Assembly: GCA_963785075.1 (NCBI GenBank)
Contig: CAWATW010000001.1
Coordinates: 69,598 to 133,597, forward strand
DNA length: 64,000 bases
Direction: 5' to 3'
DNA from: an uncultured bacterium
GTDB taxonomy: Bacteria; Actinomycetota; Acidimicrobiia; Spongiisociales; ZC4RG35
Shown here: positions 1-10,182 of the stretch, piece after piece
Layout of the letters: every line of letters begins with the position of its first letter
How positions within the stretch are numbered: position 1 is the stretch's first letter
Notes under the pieces: model-generated
What the model saw: only the letters and a program-made list of their open reading frames with translations
What the model was told of the DNA's origin: nothing
The model's database searches: none
Translations under genes and position numbers: made by a program

Positions 1-877
1 CCGGTGCCGCCGAGAACCACCCGCTCGGGTCGGATACACACTCGGGCTGGGCCGTGGGCGTCGACTGCTCCGACCCCGGCGACCAACTCGTGTCCACCGG
101 CGTTGACACGGCACCCGCCGTTCCCGTCGGAGCCGACCGCAGTGGCGTCGAGCAGGTTCGACAGGCCGAGAAAATCGGCGATGGCGGCGGAGGCCGGCTT
201 CTCGTAGACCTCGGCAGGGGTTCCCATCTGTTCGATCAGCCCGTGCGACATGACCGCCAGGCGATCCGACATGGTGAGGGCTTCTTCCTGGTCGTGAGTG
301 ACGTACACGAACGTGATGCCCACCTGTTCCTGGAGTGCTTTCAGCTCGATCTGGAGTGCCTTTCTGAGCTTGGCGTCGAGCGCTCCGAGCGGCTCGTCGA
401 GCAACAGGACGGATGGTTCGAGGATGAGGGAACGCGCCAGCGCAACCCGCTGCTGCTGTCCCCCGGAGAGCTGGGTGGGCCGCCGGTTCTCCAGACCGGA
501 CAGCTGCACCATGTCGAGTGCGCGACCGACCTTGCGGGCGACGTCCTGCTTCGGGATGTCCGCGTACTTGAGCCCGAACGCCACGTTCTCGCCGACGGAA
601 AGGTGGGGGAACAGGGCATAGCTCTGAAACACCGTGTTCACGGGACGCCGATGCGGAGGCACATCCCACATGTCGACCCCGTCGATGCGGATGCTGCCGG
701 CCGTCGGTCTCTCGAAGCCGGCGATCATGCGAAGGGTGCTGGTCTTTCCGCACCCCGACGGTCCGAGGAGCGAGAAGAACTCGCCGCCGGCGACAACCAG
801 GTCGAGTCGATCGACGGCCACGACATCGCCAAAACGCTTGTGGAGTTCGATCAGCTCTACCGTGCCGCCGGCCATGC
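1..877 (-). CDS. ABC transporter ATP-binding protein (PotA/spermidine-putrescine-type), C-terminus runs off window start
   Basis: Minus-strand translation from ATG at ~877 gives Walker A GPSGCGKST, LSGGQQQRVALARSL signature, LLLDEPLGALD Walker B, H-loop VTHDQEEA. The plus-strand ORF 54..1049 is its antisense shadow. The ORF track missed it because there is no stop inside the window. Confidence 0.85.
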
Positions 878-883
878 GGGAGC

Positions 884-2263
884 CTACCCCAGCCCTCTCA
901 GCCGACGAGCGAAGACCTCCAGTGTTTCCAGGTACCGATCGGCGTCCTCCTCGGAGTGCTGCACCGAGATCAGCCATTGCTCACCCTTCGTCCACGGCGG
1001 GAGGAACACACCCCGGTTGAACTGCACGAGCCAGGCCGCCAGCGAATAGCGCCCGTCGATGTGCCGAAGAAACTGCCGGTAGTTCGTGATGGGCTCGCGG
1101 CTGTAGACGATCGAGCCCTTGGCGCCGATGTCGAGCACACGGGCTGGGAGCTCGTAGTCCTCCACGATCCGTCGGGCGCCGTCACCCATGCGTCGTTCGA
1201 CCCGTTCCAGGTGTGCGTAGGTCTCGGGCACCATCACCTCGGTGAGCATCGCCCGCGCAGCCGCCATCGAAAGGGGATTGCCGTTGAACGTGCCGACCTG
1301 TTCATAGGTGCCGTCGACAACCAGTGACATCACCTCGTCGGTGCCGCCTATGGCCGACGTGGGCAGCCCACCTCCGAGCGCCTTGGCGAGGCACACGATG
1401 TCGGGAGTGACACCGAACAGCCTCGTCGCTCCTCCGCGACCGAGTGTCAGGCCCGTCTTCACCTCGTCGAACGTCAACAAGGCGCCGTGCTTCCTCGTGA
1501 GTTCCCGGACCCCTTCGAGGAACCCGTCGAGCGGCGGAACGAGTCCGCAGTTCATGAGCACGGGCTCCATGATCACGCCGGCGATCCGGCCGGCGTGCTC
1601 TTCGAAGATCGATGTGAGCACGTCGAGGTCGTTGAACACCGCCACCTTGGTCAGATCCACCAACGCCTGTGGGATTCCCGGCGAATAGGCGACGCTCGCC
1701 GGCCGCTCGGCGGGCCCGAGATCCTCCTCGACCCAGGTGGAGACCTGGACGGAGTCGTGGTGACCGTGGTAGCCGCCTTCGAACTTCACGATCAGGTCGC
1801 GACCGGTGAACGCTCGCATGAGGTGGACGGCGTCCATCGTGCACTCGGTGCCGCTGTTCCCAAAGCGCCAGAGCGGGAGCCCGTAGCGATCGCTCAGGTT
1901 CTCGGCCACCACCACCGCGTCTTCGGTGGGCTGGGCGAAGTGGGTTCCTCGAGCGACCCTGTCGGCCACCGCCCTGACGATGGCCGGATGGGCGTGCCCC
2001 GCCAGCATGGCGCCGTAGCCGCCGTGGAGGTCGACGTATTCGTTTCCGTCGACATCGAAGACTCGGGAGCCCCTGCCACCGTCCGCCCAGATCGGATGGG
2101 GAAACGAGATCTGCCAGCTCGAGGTGACGCCACCGGCGAGCGATCGCGAGGCGCGATCGGTCATCGCCTTCGAGATCTGCATCCGGTCGAGGAACCGTTG
2201 CCGCTCGTCATCGATGATCCGGTCGAGGGTCTCGAGCTCGGTCTCCTGGCTGGTCGCCACCAT
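884..2263 (-). CDS. class-III pyridoxal-phosphate aminotransferase (GSA/GABA/omega-aminotransferase family)
   Basis: 459 aa with class-III aminotransferase-type conserved blocks (GGYGAMLAGHAHP, FGNSGTECTMDAVHLMRAFTGR, FDEVKTGLTLGRGG). Start at 2263 lies 7 nt downstream of the ABC ATPase start region; its stop is followed closely by the ABC ATPase start, so the two are coupled. Confidence 0.85.
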   Translation of the reverse strand: MVATSQETELETLDRIIDDERQRFLDRMQISKAMTDRASRSLAGGVTSSWQISFPHPIWADGGRGSRVFDVDGNEYVDLHGGYGAMLAGHAHPAIVRAVADRVARGTHFAQPTEDAVVVAENLSDRYGLPLWRFGNSGTECTMDAVHLMRAFTGRDLIVKFEGGYHGHHDSVQVSTWVEEDLGPAERPASVAYSPGIPQALVDLTKVAVFNDLDVLTSIFEEHAGRIAGVIMEPVLMNCGLVPPLDGFLEGVRELTRKHGALLTFDEVKTGLTLGRGGATRLFGVTPDIVCLAKALGGGLPTSAIGGTDEVMSLVVDGTYEQVGTFNGNPLSMAAARAMLTEVMVPETYAHLERVERRMGDGARRIVEDYELPARVLDIGAKGSIVYSREPITNYRQFLRHIDGRYSLAAWLVQFNRGVFLPPWTKGEQWLISVQHSEEDADRYLETLEVFARRLRGLG

Positions 2264-2334
2264 GATGGTCCTTTCCTGAACCGCCGTTCAGTTTACCCGG
2301 CTATCCTGCGGCATGCGTTCCAGGAGGTGACCAG

Positions 2335-3531
2335 ATGCCCCGACCGGTGCCGCTCGACCCTGCGGCCGTGACCGATCTCCTACGTCCGTTCGGTACCAGT
2401 CGCACGCTCCCCGCTGCGGCCTATCGATCCCGTGATGTCTTCGACTGGGAGGTCGAGAACATCTTCGGGGGCGGATGGACGTGCCTCGGACGAACCGACG
2501 ACCTGCTCGCGCCGGGACAGATACGCGCGATCCGCCATGGTGGCGAAGAGTTCCTGCTCGTTCGTGAGGGTGACGGACGGGTTGCAGGATTCTCGAATGT
2601 GTGCCGGCATCGCGGGCACCCGTTGGTGGAACCGGGCGAACCTATCGATGCCCGCCAGATCCGCTGCCCGTATCACTCGTGGGCGTATCGCCTGGACGGC
2701 GCCCTGCGAACCGCGCCCACCTTGACTCGGTCGCCGGACTTCGACACCGCCGACTGGCCGCTCCGGGCGGTACGGGTGGAGGAGTGGCTCGGGTGGTTGT
2801 TTCTCGACCCGTCGGGCTCGGCGCCGTCGGTGGTCGACACCTACGGCAACCTCGCCGAGACCCTCCGGCAGTACGAGCCCGAGCGTCTCGTCCGCGCAGA
2901 GCGTCACTCATACCAAGTCGCCGCCAACTGGAAATTGATCGTCGAGAACTATCACGAGTGCTACCACTGCTCTTCGATCCACCCGGCGCTGTGCGAAGTG
3001 ACGCCGATCGACAGCGGGTCCGACTTCCGTCCGACGGGGCTGTGGTGCGGCGGCACGATGGACCTCAAGGATCATGCCGTGACGATGTCGCTCACAGGCG
3101 AGTCGGGAGGCACCTTCTTCCGACGCCTGGAGAGGGAGATGGAGCGGCAGGTCCTCTACATAGGCCTTTGGCCCAATCTGTTGATCTCGGCGCATCCCGA
3201 CTACCTGATGACCCATCGCATCGTTCCGCTCGCCGCCGACCGTTCACATGTCGAGTGTGACTGGTACTTCTCACCGGAATCGACGTCGCTCGAGGGATTC
3301 GATCCGGCGTACGCAGTCGACTTCTGGGACCTCACCAATCGTGAGGATTGGACCGCCTGCGAGCGAGTGCAACGGGGTGCGGGAAACCGAGGGTTTGCGC
3401 CCGGACCCCTGAGCCCCTGGGAGTCGACGCTGTATCAGTTCCTCGGCATGGTCGGTCGGGCCTACTCGGGCGAGGTGGTCGTACCGCCGGAGGCGCCTTC
3501 GAGGCGTCTGGCCGAGTCGAGAGGCGACTGA
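2335..3531 (+). CDS. Rieske [2Fe-2S] non-heme-iron oxygenase alpha subunit, GbcA/CntA/Stc2 (quaternary-amine) clade
   Basis: Rieske motif CRHRGHPL...CPYHSWAY. Catalytic signature NWKLIVENYHECYHCSSIHP is typical of glycine-betaine/carnitine/stachydrine N-demethylating oxygenases. No cognate reductase gene is adjacent. Confidence 0.85.
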   Translation: MPRPVPLDPAAVTDLLRPFGTSRTLPAAAYRSRDVFDWEVENIFGGGWTCLGRTDDLLAPGQIRAIRHGGEEFLLVREGDGRVAGFSNVCRHRGHPLVEPGEPIDARQIRCPYHSWAYRLDGALRTAPTLTRSPDFDTADWPLRAVRVEEWLGWLFLDPSGSAPSVVDTYGNLAETLRQYEPERLVRAERHSYQVAANWKLIVENYHECYHCSSIHPALCEVTPIDSGSDFRPTGLWCGGTMDLKDHAVTMSLTGESGGTFFRRLEREMERQVLYIGLWPNLLISAHPDYLMTHRIVPLAADRSHVECDWYFSPESTSLEGFDPAYAVDFWDLTNREDWTACERVQRGAGNRGFAPGPLSPWESTLYQFLGMVGRAYSGEVVVPPEAPSRRLAESRGD

Positions 3532-3545
3532 ATCGAGTCCCCCGT

Positions 3546-4766
3546 CTACCCGGCGACGATCCCCAAGCCACGTTTCCTCAGCTGGTCGGCGATGATCACC
3601 CGCTGCACCTCTGAAGCCCCCTCCCAGATCCTGTCCACCCGGAGTTCACGGTTGAATCGTTCGGCGACGTTCTCGCGCATGTATCCCCGACCGCCGAAGA
3701 TCTGAACGGCGCGGTCCGCCACCCGGCATGCCATCTCGGATGCGTACAGCTTCACCATCGAGCAGTGGACGTGGAGTTGCTTGACATCCGCTCCGGCATC
3801 GACCTCTGCAGCCACCTCGTAGGTCATCAGCCGTGCCGCCCAGAGCTCGGTGAGCGAATCGGCGAGCATGAACTGGATCGCCTGACGATCGGCCAGGGGC
3901 TCACCGAAGATGACCCGCTGCTCGGCGAACGCCTGTGCTTCCGTGATCAGCCGCTCGGCTGCGCCACAGCACCGGGCCGCGATCATCAGGCGTTCGTACC
4001 TGAACCACTCGTATGTGAACGACATGCCGGCGCCCTCCCCACCGACCAGGTGCGTCGCCGGAACCCTCACGTCGTCGAAGGCCATCTCCCAATGGTGGTG
4101 GGCGTAGGTGTGTGTGTAGGACGGGGTGCGGATGTGCCGGACGCCGGGCGTGTCCATGTCCACGATGAACAGGGCGTGGCCGCCGGCGTCGGGTCCATTC
4201 GTCAGCCGGGCCTGGAAGAACACGTAGTCGGCCAGATTGGCGGAGGTGACGTGCCACTTCTGTCCATTGAGTACGTAGTGGTCGCCATCGCGGCGTGCAG
4301 TCGCCTTGATGGCGTCGACGTCAGAACCTGCGTCTTCCTCCGTGATCGCATAGCACTCGTGCTTCTCCCCGGCGATGGTGGGGAGGACATATCGCTCCAT
4401 CTGGTAGTCCGAGGCGACCGTCGGCAGCCACCCTGCGGGCGTGGTGACGACCCAGCCGAGGGCGTTGGTGACCCGGCCCGCCTGCTCTTGGACCAGCGCC
4501 TGTTGGACGGTGGTCAGCCCGGAGCCTCCGAGTTCGATGGGCTGATTGATGGCCGTGAGGCCCATCTCGCGCGCCGTCCGCTCGTGGCGGGCGGAGACGT
4601 CCGCGGGGATGGTGCCGTCATTCATCTCGGCGTGGACTTCCCACGGTATCAATTCGGTGTCGACGAACCGGCGAGCCGTGTCTTGGATCGCCCGGTCCTC
4701 TTCTGACAGTCGGATCACCACAGCTCCCTGTTTCCTGAACGACGGTTCAGTGTACGAGTTCGACAC
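3546..4766 (-). CDS. acyl-CoA dehydrogenase
   Basis: 406 aa. Contains ACAD C-terminal motifs QIFGGRGYMRENVAERFNRELRVDRIWEGASEVQR and the middle domain GQKWHVTSANLADYVF. Confidence 0.85.
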   Translation of the reverse strand: MSNSYTEPSFRKQGAVVIRLSEEDRAIQDTARRFVDTELIPWEVHAEMNDGTIPADVSARHERTAREMGLTAINQPIELGGSGLTTVQQALVQEQAGRVTNALGWVVTTPAGWLPTVASDYQMERYVLPTIAGEKHECYAITEEDAGSDVDAIKATARRDGDHYVLNGQKWHVTSANLADYVFFQARLTNGPDAGGHALFIVDMDTPGVRHIRTPSYTHTYAHHHWEMAFDDVRVPATHLVGGEGAGMSFTYEWFRYERLMIAARCCGAAERLITEAQAFAEQRVIFGEPLADRQAIQFMLADSLTELWAARLMTYEVAAEVDAGADVKQLHVHCSMVKLYASEMACRVADRAVQIFGGRGYMRENVAERFNRELRVDRIWEGASEVQRVIIADQLRKRGLGIVAG

Positions 4767-4830
4767 GCCGCCGGTCGTCTGTTCGGTGCGTTCTGATCGC
4801 CGACGTCGGGTCTCGGCGATCGTTCCGGGG

Positions 4831-5878
4831 TCAGGGGATGATGACGGTGCGGGCCGGGCCCCGGTTGGCTTCGAGGTCGTCCATCACACCGTTGACCGCA
4901 GCTGCCTCGAGAGGAACACGTTGTTCGACGACCTGACCGAGTTCGAGGCGACCGCGAACCGCCATGTCGAGGAGCACGAGGATGTCGTCGATGTGATGGT
5001 CCGATACGCCGCTGAGCTCCGCCTCGCGCATCGCCAACTCCGGGAACGGGGCCACCTCGATCGGCTGATCCGAGATCCCAACCGACACGGCCCGTCCTCC
5101 GATCCCCAGGACATCCACACAGGCGCGCATGGTCGCGGCGAGCCCGATCAGCTCGAGCGCGACGTCGACACCGTCGCCGTCGGTGGCGGCCAGCACCCGG
5201 TCGGCCACGCCGTCACCGCCTTCGATCGGGGCTCGCACCGAGACGCGCGGCGAGGTCGAGTTTGGCGGGATCGAGGTCCACGGCAAGTACTCGTGAGGCG
5301 CCCATGGCGAGGGCGATCTGGATCGCCGACGTCCCCAATCCACCCGATCCGAACACCGCCACGCTCTCACCATTCGTGAGTCGGGCCTTGCGAAAGGCAT
5401 GCATGGACGTGGCCGACGAGCACATCATCACCGCCCCGTGCTCGAACGCGATCTCGTCGGGGAGGTGGATGGCGTTGCGCGACGGCACGGTGATGTACTC
5501 GGCATACCCACCGTCGCGGCTTCTCCCCAGCATCTGTCCGCTCTCGCAGAACTGGTCGTATCCGCGTGCACATCGGGCAGCAGGCCGTACAGGCGGTCTG
5601 ATAGTGGAGGCAGACTCGCTCGACCGGTTCGTCCCGGATCCACGAGCGAGCCCGTCCGTTCGATCACCCCGGCCACTTCGTGTCCGAGCGTCCTCGGCAG
5701 GGAATCGACCGACCGTGGGCCGCGTCGGTAGTGAACGTCCGAGTGGCAGATCCCGGCGGCAGCCACCTTGACCACCACGTCCAAGGGGTCGGGTTCGGTG
5801 GTCGGCAGTTCCCTCGATTCGAGGGGTGATCCGATCTCGACCAGTTGCAGGGCGCGCATGCCGAGCATGCTCGCAGGT
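4831..5878 (-). pseudogene. Zn-dependent alcohol dehydrogenase (MDR family), split over at least three frames
   Basis: N-terminal part (GICHSDVHYRRG...TLGHEVAGVIE) sits in the frame of ORF 5428..7446. The middle part (CARGYDQFCESGQ...DGGYAEYITVP...AVFGSGGLGTSAIQIALAMGA) is in ORF 5213..5920. The C-terminal part is in ORF 4831..5400. Total span is about 349 codons, so at least two frameshifts. Confidence 0.5.
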
Positions 5879-5951
5879 CGACGGCTCCCCAAGACCGTTC
5901 TGTGGGCGGTGGTCCGCCATTTTGGCGGTCTATAACCCTGGGTTCGATGTA

Positions 5952-7388
5952 TCAGAGCTTGATGTAGAGCTGTTTCTCTTCGAGGTAGGCCTCGATGCCC
6001 CACGGTCCGAGCTCGCGTCCCACCCCCGACTGCTTGAAACCTCCCCACATGCCTTCCGTCGGTGCCGGCTGGGAGTCGTTCACCCATACGACCCCGGCGC
6101 GGAGCGCCCTGCCGAGGCGCATCGCCCGCTTGAGATCGGTCGTCCACACCGCCGCCGCCAGCCCGTAGGTCGAGTCGTTCGCCAGCAGTATCGCCTCGTC
6201 TTCGTCGCGGAAGGGAATCACCGACATGACCGGTCCAAAGATCTCCTCCCGGGCGATCGTCATGCGGTTGTCCACGTCGGCGAAGATCGTGGGGGCGACG
6301 AAGTAGCCGTCTGCCAGGTCGTTCCCCTCGGGGAGGTTGCCCTGGAAACTGAGGCGAGCGCCTTCGCTCATCCCCGTGGAGATGTAGCCGGACACCTTGT
6401 CGCGGTGCTCCGCCGAGATCAGCGGACCCATGGTCGTGTGGGGATCGAGGCCGCTTCCAAGACGTATGGCCGCCGCCTCGGCGGTCAAGGCGCCGAGAGT
6501 CTCTTCGTAGATGGACGCCTCGACCAATACCCGGCTTCCTGCCGAACACACCTCGCCCTGGTTGGCGAACAGCCCGGCCGACGTCCCTCCGATGGCGGCC
6601 GACATGTCCGCATCGGCGAAGATGAGGTTCGGCGACTTGCCGCCCAGTTCGAGGGTGACTCGTTTGAGGGTGTCGGAGGCTTCCCTGGTGATGATCTTTC
6701 CGACCTCGACGGACCCTGTGAACGAGATCTTGTCGACCCCGGCATGGCCGACGAGTGACGCCCCCGTCTCGCCGAAGCCGGTGAGCACGTTGAAGACGCC
6801 CGCCGGCAGGCCTGCCTCGTCCAACACCGTTGCCAGCTCCAACGCGGTGAGCGGCGTCTGTTCTGCCGGTTTCAGGATGGCAGTGCATCCCGCGGCGAGC
6901 GCCGGCGCCACCTTCTGGCTGGCCATGAGGATCGGGTAGTTCCACGGGGTGATCAGCGCCGCCACCCCGACGGGCTCCTTGATGACGAGGCTCAGCGCCT
7001 CCGGACCGATCGGGGGGATGCTCCCCATCGTCTTGGTGGCCCATCCGGCGTAGTACTCGAACATGAAGGCGGCTTCGTCGATGTCCCACAGGGCGTCCTC
7101 GAGCGGTTTGCCGTTGTCGCGTACCTCGATCTCGGCCAGCTCCCGTCTCCGCCGCCGGATGATCTCGGCGGCTCTGAACAGCACGGCCGCCCGGTCCCGG
7201 GGAGCCGAGTCCGGGCCCCAGGGCCCGTGGTCGAACGCTCGTCGGGCCGCACCGACCGCCTGTTCCACGTCGTCGGGCCCGGCGACGGGAATCTCGTCGA
7301 TCACCTGACCGGTTGCCGGGTCGCGGGTGTCGAACCAGGTTCCCGAACGCGGCTCGGCCCACGCGCCGTCGATGAAGAGCTGTCGCAT
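5952..7388 (-). CDS. NAD(P)-dependent aldehyde dehydrogenase
   Basis: Embedded in ORF 5952..8273, starting MRQLFIDGAW. ALDH motifs are present: TLELGGKSP, catalytic Cys region GEVCSAGSRVLV, and EEIFGPV. The start overlaps the upstream gene's stop (TGATG). Confidence 0.9.
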   Translation of the reverse strand: MRQLFIDGAWAEPRSGTWFDTRDPATGQVIDEIPVAGPDDVEQAVGAARRAFDHGPWGPDSAPRDRAAVLFRAAEIIRRRRRELAEIEVRDNGKPLEDALWDIDEAAFMFEYYAGWATKTMGSIPPIGPEALSLVIKEPVGVAALITPWNYPILMASQKVAPALAAGCTAILKPAEQTPLTALELATVLDEAGLPAGVFNVLTGFGETGASLVGHAGVDKISFTGSVEVGKIITREASDTLKRVTLELGGKSPNLIFADADMSAAIGGTSAGLFANQGEVCSAGSRVLVEASIYEETLGALTAEAAAIRLGSGLDPHTTMGPLISAEHRDKVSGYISTGMSEGARLSFQGNLPEGNDLADGYFVAPTIFADVDNRMTIAREEIFGPVMSVIPFRDEDEAILLANDSTYGLAAAVWTTDLKRAMRLGRALRAGVVWVNDSQPAPTEGMWGGFKQSGVGRELGPWGIEAYLEEKQLYIKL

Positions 7389-8983
7389 CAGGAACGCGCC
7401 GCTCGGTCTCGAAGGATCTGCTGGGAGGCGAGACGGCCCGGCGCACCCATCACACAGCCCCCGGGGTGGGTGCCCGATCCACACTGGTAGTACCCCTCGA
7501 TCGGTGTCCGGTACTGACTCCACCCTGGGGCGGGCCGGAAGAAGAACATCTGGGGGGCGAGAAACTCGCCGTGGAAGATGTTGCCCTCGGGAAGGCCGGC
7601 GATCTGTTCGATGTCGAGCGGAGTGACGACCTCGCGTTGGATCACACGCTCGGAGAAGCCCGGGAAGAACGACTCGAGCGTTCGTTGCACCGTGTCGCCG
7701 AGGTTGTCCCGTTCGGTGTTCCAATCGCTGCCCTTCAGCTCGTACGGGGCGTATTGGACGAAACACGACATCACGTGCTTGCCGGGCGGAGCCATGTCGG
7801 GATCGATTGCAGACTGAACGGCGCAGTCGAGGTACGGGCGGGACGAATACCAGCCGTACTTCGCATCGTCGAACGCCCGCTCGAGGTACTCGATGCTCGG
7901 CCCGATGTTGGTGAACCCGCGGTACTTGTCGATCCCGTCGCCAAGCGTGGGGTGCGGGGGAGGAGCGTCGAGTGCGAAGTTCACCTTGGCGGATGTCCCC
8001 TGATAGCGATATCGATCGAGAGCGTCCACCAACTCGGTCGGCAGCTCTCGGGGATCGACGAAGTCGAAGAACGTCCGCCTCGGATCGGCGGCGCTCACCA
8101 CCACATCGGCCGAGAGCTCGGTGCCATCGGCCAGCGCCACGCCGGTGGCACGTCCGTTGTCGGTGACGACATGGGCGACTTCGGTTCCCAGCATGATCTC
8201 GGCGCCGAAGCTCTCGGCGGCTCGGGCCAGCACCTGGGTGAATCCGCCATTCCCGCCCTTGTGGAACGCCCACGCGCCGAACACCCCGTCGTGCTCACCC
8301 ATGTTGTGGAACAAGAGCACGAGCCCCGAGCCCTGCGACATCGGCCCGACCTTGGTGCCGATGATTCCGGAACTGGCGAGCCACCCCTTCACCACGTCGG
8401 ACTCGAAGTAGTCGTCGAGGAAGTCGGATGCGCTTCCGGTGAGCAGGCGGACGAGGTTGTGCAGCACCCTCGGTTCGAGCCCACGCATGTGTTGGGCCAG
8501 CTCCGCCATGTCCGCCAGATCTTCCGGCGTCTTGCCGAGGACGTTCGGAGGGATCTTGTCGAACCATGGGCGCACGGCCTGGATCACCCTCGTGATGTCG
8601 TGCTCGTATTGTTCGAAGGCGTCGGCGTCGCGCTTGGAGTGCCGTGCGATCTCGTGGATGTTCTCGTTTCGGTCCTGGCCGAGAAGCAGATAGTCCCCGT
8701 TCTCCATCGGGCAGAAAGTGCTTGGCATGAGCAGTGGCATGAAGCCGTGCTTGGTGAGCTCGAGCTCGTGGATGATCTGGGGCCGGAGCAGGCTCAGGGC
8801 GTACGAGAAGGTGGTGAAGTTGAACCCCGGCCGTAGCTCCTCGGTTATGGCGGCCCCTCCGACGATCGAACGTCGCTCGAGGATCAGCGTGTCGAGTCCC
8901 GCCTTCGCCAGGTAGGCGCCGTTGGTGAGGCCGTTGTGGCCTCCGCCGATCACGATGGCGTCGTAGGTGCGGTCGCTCGGCAT
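7388..8983 (-). CDS. FAD/NAD(P)-binding oxidoreductase, phytoene-desaturase-like (COG1233 amine-oxidase superfamily)
   Basis: Starts MPSDRTYDAIVIGGGHNGLTNGAYLAKAGL (Rossmann GxGxxG). About 531 aa. Both the start and the stop overlap neighbouring genes by ATGA. Confidence 0.8.
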   Translation of the reverse strand: MPSDRTYDAIVIGGGHNGLTNGAYLAKAGLDTLILERRSIVGGAAITEELRPGFNFTTFSYALSLLRPQIIHELELTKHGFMPLLMPSTFCPMENGDYLLLGQDRNENIHEIARHSKRDADAFEQYEHDITRVIQAVRPWFDKIPPNVLGKTPEDLADMAELAQHMRGLEPRVLHNLVRLLTGSASDFLDDYFESDVVKGWLASSGIIGTKVGPMSQGSGLVLLFHNMGEHDGVFGAWAFHKGGNGGFTQVLARAAESFGAEIMLGTEVAHVVTDNGRATGVALADGTELSADVVVSAADPRRTFFDFVDPRELPTELVDALDRYRYQGTSAKVNFALDAPPPHPTLGDGIDKYRGFTNIGPSIEYLERAFDDAKYGWYSSRPYLDCAVQSAIDPDMAPPGKHVMSCFVQYAPYELKGSDWNTERDNLGDTVQRTLESFFPGFSERVIQREVVTPLDIEQIAGLPEGNIFHGEFLAPQMFFFRPAPGWSQYRTPIEGYYQCGSGTHPGGCVMGAPGRLASQQILRDRAARS

Positions 8984-10182
8984 CAACTGGTCTTTCTCTC
9001 GGGGTTGAACAACGGGAGCCGGGCCGTATGGGCCCCCACCAGCTGGTACTGATGGTCGATCGTGTATTCGAGGTTCACCTTGGTACCAGGCGTGGCGGCC
9101 TCGGGTCGGACCCGGGCCAGGGCGATGTGGCGTTGGAGCATCGGCGAGTACATCGAGCTGGTGGCGTATCCGACACGGCTGCCGTCGTCGGTGTACACCA
9201 TCATGTCCTCTTGGATGGGCGTGTGGTCCTTCGGCGGTATGAGACCGGCCCGGGTGTATTGGGCGTCGTAGTCCTCCCAATCGACCATGAGCCCGACCAT
9301 CTTCCAGCGAGTGGAGCCGTCGGCCAGTTCCCGGCGAATCGCGTCCCGACCGATGAAGGCACGGTCGGTCGTGGTGACGTCCTTGAGCATCCACCCCAAC
9401 CCCAATTCGTGCGGCGTCGAGCGGTGGGCATCGTTGAACGCGAAGCGCGCCGACTCGAAATCGACGTTGATGAGCAGCAAGCCGGCCTCGATGCGAGCCA
9501 TGATGAGCGCGATCTGGCCGAAGGGAATCAGTCCGTACGGTCGACCTTCGTCCATGACCGCGTCCCACACCGTGAGCGCGTCGCCGCTGTCGACCCACAC
9601 CTCGTATCCGAGATCCCCCGTGTATCCGGTCCGCGAGATGATGACCGGGGCGTCGGCGATCTTCGCCGTCGTGTGGTCGAAGTATCCGATCGACTCCATC
9701 TCCGGAGCCAGCTTGGCGAGGATCTGCCGGCTCTTGGGTCCCTGTACCGCGAAGGCCGCCATCTCGTAGGTCGTGTCGACGATCTCGACCTGGAGCCGAC
9801 CCGCGAGATCGTGGAAATAGGCCATGTTCGGCTCGGCGGTGCTGAGGAGAAACTCGTCTGCCGACAGTCGGAGGATCACTCCGTCTTCGAGCACGAAGCC
9901 CCGATCGTCGCACCAGATCTGATATTGGGCCTGGCCGGGACGGCATGTGCGGATGTCGCGAGCGAGCACTCCGGCCAGGAACCGCTCGGCGTCGGAGCCC
10001 CGGATGCGGTACTTGAACAACGGCGACGTGTCGAAGATGCCGGCGGAGTTGCGGATCGCGAAGTACTCGAACTTCTCGCTCATCTGGTACTTCTCGGCAA
10101 CCAGATGCCCTGCCCAGTGGCTCCACAGGCCGGTCTCGTTCAGTTTCTCGACGCGGTCGTGGAACGGAGTGGTGCGTATCAC
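8983..10182 (-). CDS. GcvT-family (glycine-cleavage T / DmdA-like) folate-dependent aminomethyltransferase
   Basis: 399 aa. Contains the GcvT-type block RTGYTGDLGYEVWV and a folate-binding domain-like C-terminus. It is the first gene of the minus-strand operon. Confidence 0.85.
   Translation of the reverse strand: MIRTTPFHDRVEKLNETGLWSHWAGHLVAEKYQMSEKFEYFAIRNSAGIFDTSPLFKYRIRGSDAERFLAGVLARDIRTCRPGQAQYQIWCDDRGFVLEDGVILRLSADEFLLSTAEPNMAYFHDLAGRLQVEIVDTTYEMAAFAVQGPKSRQILAKLAPEMESIGYFDHTTAKIADAPVIISRTGYTGDLGYEVWVDSGDALTVWDAVMDEGRPYGLIPFGQIALIMARIEAGLLLINVDFESARFAFNDAHRSTPHELGLGWMLKDVTTTDRAFIGRDAIRRELADGSTRWKMVGLMVDWEDYDAQYTRAGLIPPKDHTPIQEDMMVYTDDGSRVGYATSSMYSPMLQRHIALARVRPEAATPGTKVNLEYTIDHQYQLVGAHTARLPLFNPERKTS

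Noticed and set aside
54-1049. 331-aa plus-strand ORF
   Set aside because: It is the reverse-frame shadow of the PotA-like ABC ATPase. Walker and signature motifs appear only on the minus strand.
5428-7446. 672-aa minus-strand ORF
   Set aside because: Arg/Gly/Pro-rich low-complexity translation typical of off-frame reading in high-GC DNA. It overlaps the real ALDH in another frame. Only its last ~145 aa (ADH N-terminus) are genuine.
7466-8836. 456-aa plus-strand ORF
   Set aside because: Antisense to the FAD oxidoreductase. No motifs; biased RG/EL composition.
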